A model generated the notes under the pieces. It did no database searches, was not told the DNA's origin, and worked only from the letters and a program-made list of their open reading frames with translations. Shown in pieces: positions 60,147 through 64,000 of a DNA stretch of 64,000 nt; within the stretch, counting starts at the first letter, position 1; each line of letters opens with the position of its first letter. The translations under genes were made by a program, and so were the position numbers. The DNA comes from Gekko japonicus (lineage: Eukaryota). The DNA lies in NCBI RefSeq assembly GCF_001447785.1, contig NW_015172015.1:309418-373417 (forward strand). Reading direction: 5' to 3'.

Positions 60147-60468
60147 AGAACATAAGAAGAGTTCTGCTGGATCAGACCAATGGTCCATCTAGTCCAGCAT
60201 CCCATCTCACACAGTGGCCAACCAGTTCTTCTGGATGGCCAACAACAGGGCATAGAGACCAAGACCTTCCCATGAGGTTGCCTCCTGGCTCTGGGATTCA
60301 GAGGATTAGTGCCTCTGAATGTGGAGGTTCCCCTCAGTCACCATGGCTAGTAGCCACTGATAGATTTATCCTCCATGAATCTATGTAATCCCCTTTTACA
60401 GCTGTTTATTCCTGTGGCCATCACTATATCCTCTGGCAGCGAATTCCACATTTTAATCCCTCTCTGTG
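60147..60468 (-). mobile_element. CR1 LINE 3' fragment
   Basis: agaacataagaaga...ctggatcagacc..tggtccatctagtccagcat terminus; minus strand WNSLPEDIV...CKRGLHRFMEDKSI. Confidence 0.75.
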
Positions 60469-61581
60469 TGATACTAGTCTGACACTGCACTTCACACTGG
60501 CTCCTTAAGTCTGTTCCTGTCTCTGGGATGCTCTTAGCACAGAGAGTGTGGATTACTTTTAAAAAATGCTGTTAATGTCATATTTTGGACTGTGGCATCT
60601 CTACAGTGTGAGACCAAAGATGGCATCCTGGATCTGGAGTACCCAGTCAAGCCACTTTTACTACCAGTTTTATTAGTACCCAGCAGTTAAAGCATGTCTG
60701 ATCTTTTGGTCTGGGAATATATTAGGAGATGTTGTTAATCACCACCCTTGGGTAAGGTTCTACTTTAAGACTTTATCTGAAAAGGGTAACAGACCAAAGT
60801 CCCCCTTTTCTAGCTGCTTTAGCTACTTCTATGTTTGATCAGAGTCGTCTCACTTTGGGAAGCTTTGTCTCTGAGTATTAAATGAGATGGAGTGTTAGGC
60901 AATGTTCCTTTGACCATGGCTCTTGTGTTTATTTCTGTTCCGGAGATGCTCTTTGCCTTTTGTCAGAGAAGCTTTTGATCCACTGGCTTTCTGATTGAAT
61001 TTTCCAAGCACTAGTTTCTGTGTTTGGTGAAGGGGTGGAGCGAGTGTTGTGTGGTAGTTCATGCTGGTAGTTTGGATTTCGACATTCACGTGTGTGTTCT
61101 CTTTGAAGTGCTCATTTCCTTATTAATCTTTAAACATCAAACTACCAGCGGACCTGTGGCACTCTAATCATTTCAGCTCATGTAATGGAAAGAATGCTTC
61201 CCCTTTTGGCAGCAGCAAGTTTCTCCTCCACCCCACTCCGACAGCAGCCTCTGCCTGATCTGAAGGCCTCCAAACAAACTTGGCAAACAGATTAGCAGTG
61301 CAGAGCATTGCATGCTTTTGCAGCAGGCTTTTGTTGCAAGAGTGTGCATATTAAGTATTTAGGAGTGGATTTATGAGGGCAAGGTAGCAAAAGTAGCCAG
61401 CTTTCCACTTTGAGCAGGGAACAAAGAAGTCCAGGCAGAAATAGCTTTCTTCAGCTGGTTGCCCTTGTTTGTTTTGCTTGAAAGCATTTGTCTGACATAA
61501 ATGCTTATAAGGTTACATTCAAGGCCAGTCTAGCATATCATGGACTTTCCTTTTGTGTCCCATATTTACAGCTGTATTTTT

Positions 61582-61990
61582 TTTTAAATTTATCTTTATT
61601 CATTTTTCATAACAAAGCAAACAAGAACATGCAAAGAATCCAATAATAAACACTCGACATTCCTACAAAAGAGTTACAGTATCATTCAGGTATTTTTGAA
61701 CTTAAAGCCCCAGAGATGATAATAACAAATAACGAAAGCATCCTTTAAATTTTGACTCTTAGTATGTTACATCAGAACCCATTTTTGGTAACAGGTATTT
61801 ATTGGCAATATGCCCCGTGAAGTAAGAAATGAAAATATCGGGAACCAGGTTGATTCAAATTTGAGATTAGAGGACCGTAAAATTTGAGCTCTATGTACTG
61901 TATCTGCTATCTTAGCCATCACAAATTGATCCCATATTTTTTCATGCCAGGCTGCTATCGTTGGAGGATGAGGAGACCTCCAACATGACG
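61582..61990 (-). mobile_element. Short 3' L1 fragment
   Basis: Minus strand CWRSPHPPTIAAWHEKIWDQFVMAKI; poly-T at left; TSD cagctgtattttt at 61569-61581 and 61991-62003. Confidence 0.75.
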
Positions 61991-62031
61991 CAGCTGTATT
62001 TTTAATTGACTTCTCACGTAAATATATGAGA

Positions 62032-63045
62032 CTAGCCTGATACCCGTGCTTCGCTATGGTATTGAAGTTCCATAAATCCAGCTATAATACTGATGATGTG
62101 AAGTCTGAAATGTAACATTTGTTGTAGGAATTCTAATGGAGAAGATTGTAGGGTAAAAAATGAAGTGAGACATATGTACTTTTTCTCTCTCTACTGAAGG
62201 ACTTATCTCTTGACCACATTGGCGGTTCTGCCGTCAGGTGCTTGGATCACCAGGCTGCTTGATGAGCTCACTCTGGAGCAGGCCACATAGAACTGTCCAT
62301 TTAAGAAGCAGTTGTCTGTTAAGTCAACTCCTGCCACCTTCCACAAAAGTGATGGCCTCTCTACTTGTGTTCCTGAATTGTTTTGCTCCTATGGAGACTG
62401 TATTGTTCTGAGCACCTCAGGGTGATCTCGCTGGTACCTGGCCTGCGCAGCTCAGTGCCCGGCAGGAGTACTATGTGCAAATGTCTTTGCCGCATTCCTA
62501 AGTTGCCTCCTCCTTGTAGCGTTGGTGTATCTGGCTCGACGTTTGCCAGGAGCTTTCTTGGGGGCAGTGAGAGGTGTGAAGGGGAGGTGGTGGACCTTTC
62601 TTCAGGCTCATGAGGGAGGCACACAACAAAATGGCTTCTAGAAAGGTCCTTTACTATCTCCCCATGAAAATTCATTAACTCAATTGCCATGCTGGCTTTT
62701 TTTAAAAAAAAGTCTGTTCGGGAGTCTTGAATGGCTGATTTCTGTAACCGTCCTCAACTGTATGCAGTCTTTTCTAACTGTGTTTTTACCTCAGAACACT
62801 GAGCTCTTCAGCTGACCAATCAGAGGGTGGGGGGTGCAAGGAGGCAACAGGCTGGCAGCTGCATAGGAATCAATGGGGGGAGCACATGTTACCCCTTTTG
62901 ACCCCCTTAGGGGTCGAATTTCTAAAAATCCATTCTTAGCGAGCACCTACACCACGGTGGGAGTGCTCTCCACGAATTTGGTGTCTCTAGGTCCAGCAGT
63001 TTGGCCTGCGCATTGATTTTATGATGAGGGAATTTTCTTTTTTAT

Positions 63046-63114
<69 letters not shown>
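62032..63114 (-). mobile_element. Internally deleted Helitron retaining the Pif1-helicase C-terminus
   Basis: 3' CTAG with subterminal hairpin (ccgtgcttcgctatgg); 62208-62340 minus reads KVAGVDLTDNCFLNGQFYVACSRVSS...TANVV; 5' TCTAT end merges with (TAGA)n. Confidence 0.88.

Positions 63115-63118
<4 letters not shown>
63047..63118. repeat. (TAGA)n microsatellite
   Basis: About 18 perfect units. Confidence 0.97.
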
Positions 63119-63121
63119 AGA

Positions 63122-63659
63122 TGTCACGGCTCAGGTGGGGTGTCACCTGACGCTGCCACTACTTTGGTTCCAGGCTCCTCTGAGAAGGCTCAGAGCACCC
63201 TCCCAGGCTTTTAGACTTTCTTTTTGGCCGAATAATAGGCGTGAGGATCACGCAGAGTGAGCAATGAAAATAGTTTATTTTATAGGAGGTTAAACAAACA
63301 AGGTGCAGAATATTAACAGTAAGTGGGTGAAAAGAAAAGAAATCAAATGCTCTAACGTGAATAAATATATACTGTCCCTAGCTCACTATTAAGTGGCCTT
63401 AGACTACTCACTCTCCCCTCAGGATGAGGGTTTCTTCTTCACAGCAGCTTCAGTCCTTTTTGGCTCTGTTCCCTGGGAAGAAGAACAGCTTTCCCTCTTG
63501 TACCAGTTCTTATATTTCCCAGCCCTCTTCTTTCTTATTGGTCAAAATTGGCACTAAAACTTCCCAAGGCCTTCTGGGGTTTGTAGGCTCAGCTTCCCTT
63601 ACTGCTAGCCAGGCTTCCTGGCCTAGTAGGCCTCTGGTGGCACAGCCCAGATCATGACA
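63122..63659 (-). mobile_element. Probable 3' LTR of an LTR retrotransposon (Gypsy-like) whose body continues to the right
   Basis: TGTCA...TGACA ends, minus-strand AATAAA near 63275, adjacent minus-strand purine-rich tract gtgtgtggggggg at 63660-63672. Confidence 0.6.
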
Positions 63660-64000
63660 CCCCCCCACACACCAGACTAAATCATGGGGTCCAGCTTTGG
63701 ATCCCCATTGATGCGGTCTACATATGGGATTTGGGCTGTGGTTTGCCCTTTCAACTTACTCAACATTAACATATAAATACAGTAATAAGTATTAACAAAT
63801 GAACCACAAATGAGATAGAAAATATACACAGTAAGGTGCTTAATCATCACAAGCTCTCATAAGTTTGGCGGTTGGGAGCCCCTTTCACCACCCTGGTTTA
63901 TTTTGCCACCAAAGCTTCCACGATTTTTCAGTAGCAACTTGCATTTCTCGCTTGGAGGGGGCTTTTTCCACTTCACAGTTATGTCCATCCATTTTATGTG

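Noticed and set aside
39631-64000. Next ASPSCR1 exon (expected ANLFPAA-like peptide)
   Set aside because: Not found by eye; probably beyond the window, so none is called

Overview
Eukaryotic (vertebrate) genomic DNA, almost certainly a squamate reptile and plausibly a gecko (Sauria SINE, Squam3-like SINEs with (CTT)n tails, BovB, L1, L2, CR1, Penelope, Helitron). The window is intronic and exonic sequence of the + strand gene ASPSCR1 (TUG/UBXD9); nine internal coding exons were traced with consistent GT-AG phases between 23753 and 39630. The introns are packed with nested transposons. Three DIRS1-type tyrosine-recombinase retrotransposons of different ages are present: one with all ORFs intact (<1-5127) and two decayed but with both termini and the internal complementary region (5915-11303, 41459-51315). 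The strongest candidate for undescribed biology is a shared TGA-C signal at the gag stop of all three DIRS elements. In the intact copy it reads CTT-TGA-C, the prfB-type +1 shift sequence; the +1 frame enters RT immediately and the 0 frame stays open to the end of the recombinase. A second candidate is an apparent intronisation inside the large ASPSCR1 exon that removes or degrades the SHP box. All calls are by eye, without database searches.
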